Origin: Camelus dromedarius
Lineage: Eukaryota
DNA length: 64,000 bases
Assembly (NCBI RefSeq): GCF_036321535.1
Contig: NC_087449.1
Coordinates: 25,730,001 to 25,794,000, forward strand
Direction of reading: 5' to 3'
Each line of letters starts with the position of its first letter. The stretch's first letter is position 1. The notes below the pieces were generated by a model, which saw only the letters and a list, made by a program, of their open reading frames with translations, made no database searches and was not told the DNA's origin. Positions 62,946 to 64,000 of the stretch are shown here, piece after piece. Made by a program: the position numbers and the translations under genes.

Positions 62946-64000
62946 CTCATGTAGTTTCCCTTGTATCCTACAATAACAGTGTCCTATTTAAGTGAAAAAA
63001 ATGTATTTATAGTTGAAGTTTCTAATATGGTTACCCAAAGGAAAAATTCAAAGAAAGGTTATTATCAGCTGCAAAAGAAGAATTATGTAAAAAATAAAAA
63101 AGACTCTGAAGTATAGTACTAAGAACAACCTTGTCCTATATACCAAAGGTTTTTCTTGGCCTTAGTAGGAATCAGTTAGGAATTTATTAAACATACTGAG
63201 TGTATTATCAGCAATTCTAACACAGAACCTCCAAAAGATAAGTATCGCACAGACTTGGAAGTCTTCTAATAGCTAATGACTTAAAGATCTTAAACTGTAA
63301 AAGAGTAAATACACACATTTAATATTACAGTAGGCCTCTTGCCCATTCAAGTTGCTCTCTCTATACCCTCCTGCAAACAGAAGCTCACAAAACTGATGGG
63401 AGGTTAAGAAACAGGGACTGTGGGTGTGGTCGACGCTTTCATGAAATGAGTCTGCAGAGGGAGCCCGACAATTAGGGGAGTAGCTATAGGGGATGGAAGG
63501 AAACAAAGCAGAGCTTTCTGAAGATGGGAGACAGTACAGCGAGCTGGCCTGCTGGTGGGAATGTCCAGCAGGTGGGCAGAAAGCAATGCCTCAGAGAGGG
63601 TAACGAGGGAGCAAAGTCCTGGAGCAGGTGAGAGGCCACACAGTTACTCCGCGGAGGAGCCAAGATTTGACGCCAGCGAGCCGCAGCTCTTCCTCCTTTC
63701 AGTGTACTACTCCGCCAGGATGCCCACTTCTGAAAAAAGTTCCCCCTGTTTACACAATGAGCTGGTTTAAAACAGAGCTTTGTCATGGTACGTAAATACT
63801 CGCCTTCAGCCTAAGTGATGAGCTCACTGCTATCCTGGCTGTTCTGTCTGCATTCGGGCCTTTGAAGCCCCCACCCCACCCCAGTCTAAGTGAGGGGAAT
63901 GGATGCGCCAGTCATGTCTGTCAGACTGTCGTGGTGTCAGCATACATTTCGGCGCCGTTTCTCCAGCACAGGATGAACGCGGAGTCCCAATACTACATTC

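Noticed and set aside
63922-63942. REST/RE1-like ctgtcgtggtg
   Set aside because: It has a one-base deletion between the half-sites and poor flanks compared with the canonical 21-bp RE1.

Overview
Mammalian genomic DNA, very likely camelid: there are two Vic-1-type tRNA-derived SINEs and camelid/laurasiatherian-type L1 3' ends. The whole window lies inside the 3' half of the NFIA (Nuclear Factor I A) transcription unit on the minus strand. Three coding exons can be read directly, with canonical AG/GT boundaries and matching phases: 57467-57339 (129 nt), 39170-38992 (179 nt) and 36720-36555 (166 nt). By my recollection of the human model these are exons 7-9. Spliced, they encode [15 protein letters not shown]...[83 protein letters not shown], the Ser/Pro-rich transactivation region. 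I could not find the next exon (TYSTPSTSPANRFVSVGPRD..., a cassette exon in human) in the called bases; it most likely lies under the N-run at 19918-20153. The rest is intronic: old MIR/L2/L1M/ERVL-MaLR/hAT relics, a few young lineage-specific insertions, microsatellites and six short N-runs. Nearly all ORFs in the supplied track are spurious. I found no prokaryote-type system (CRISPR, operon, IS) and no convincing novel biological system. The best leads are splicing and regulatory: the hidden cassette exon, tandem 5' splice sites that toggle VGFLN, candidate cryptic or poison exons, a CpG-island-like patch inside an ancient L2, sense-oriented SINE poly(A) signals, and homeodomain-motif clusters. 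Repeat subfamily names and human exon numbering come from memory and by-eye matching, not from a database search; repeat boundaries are approximate.
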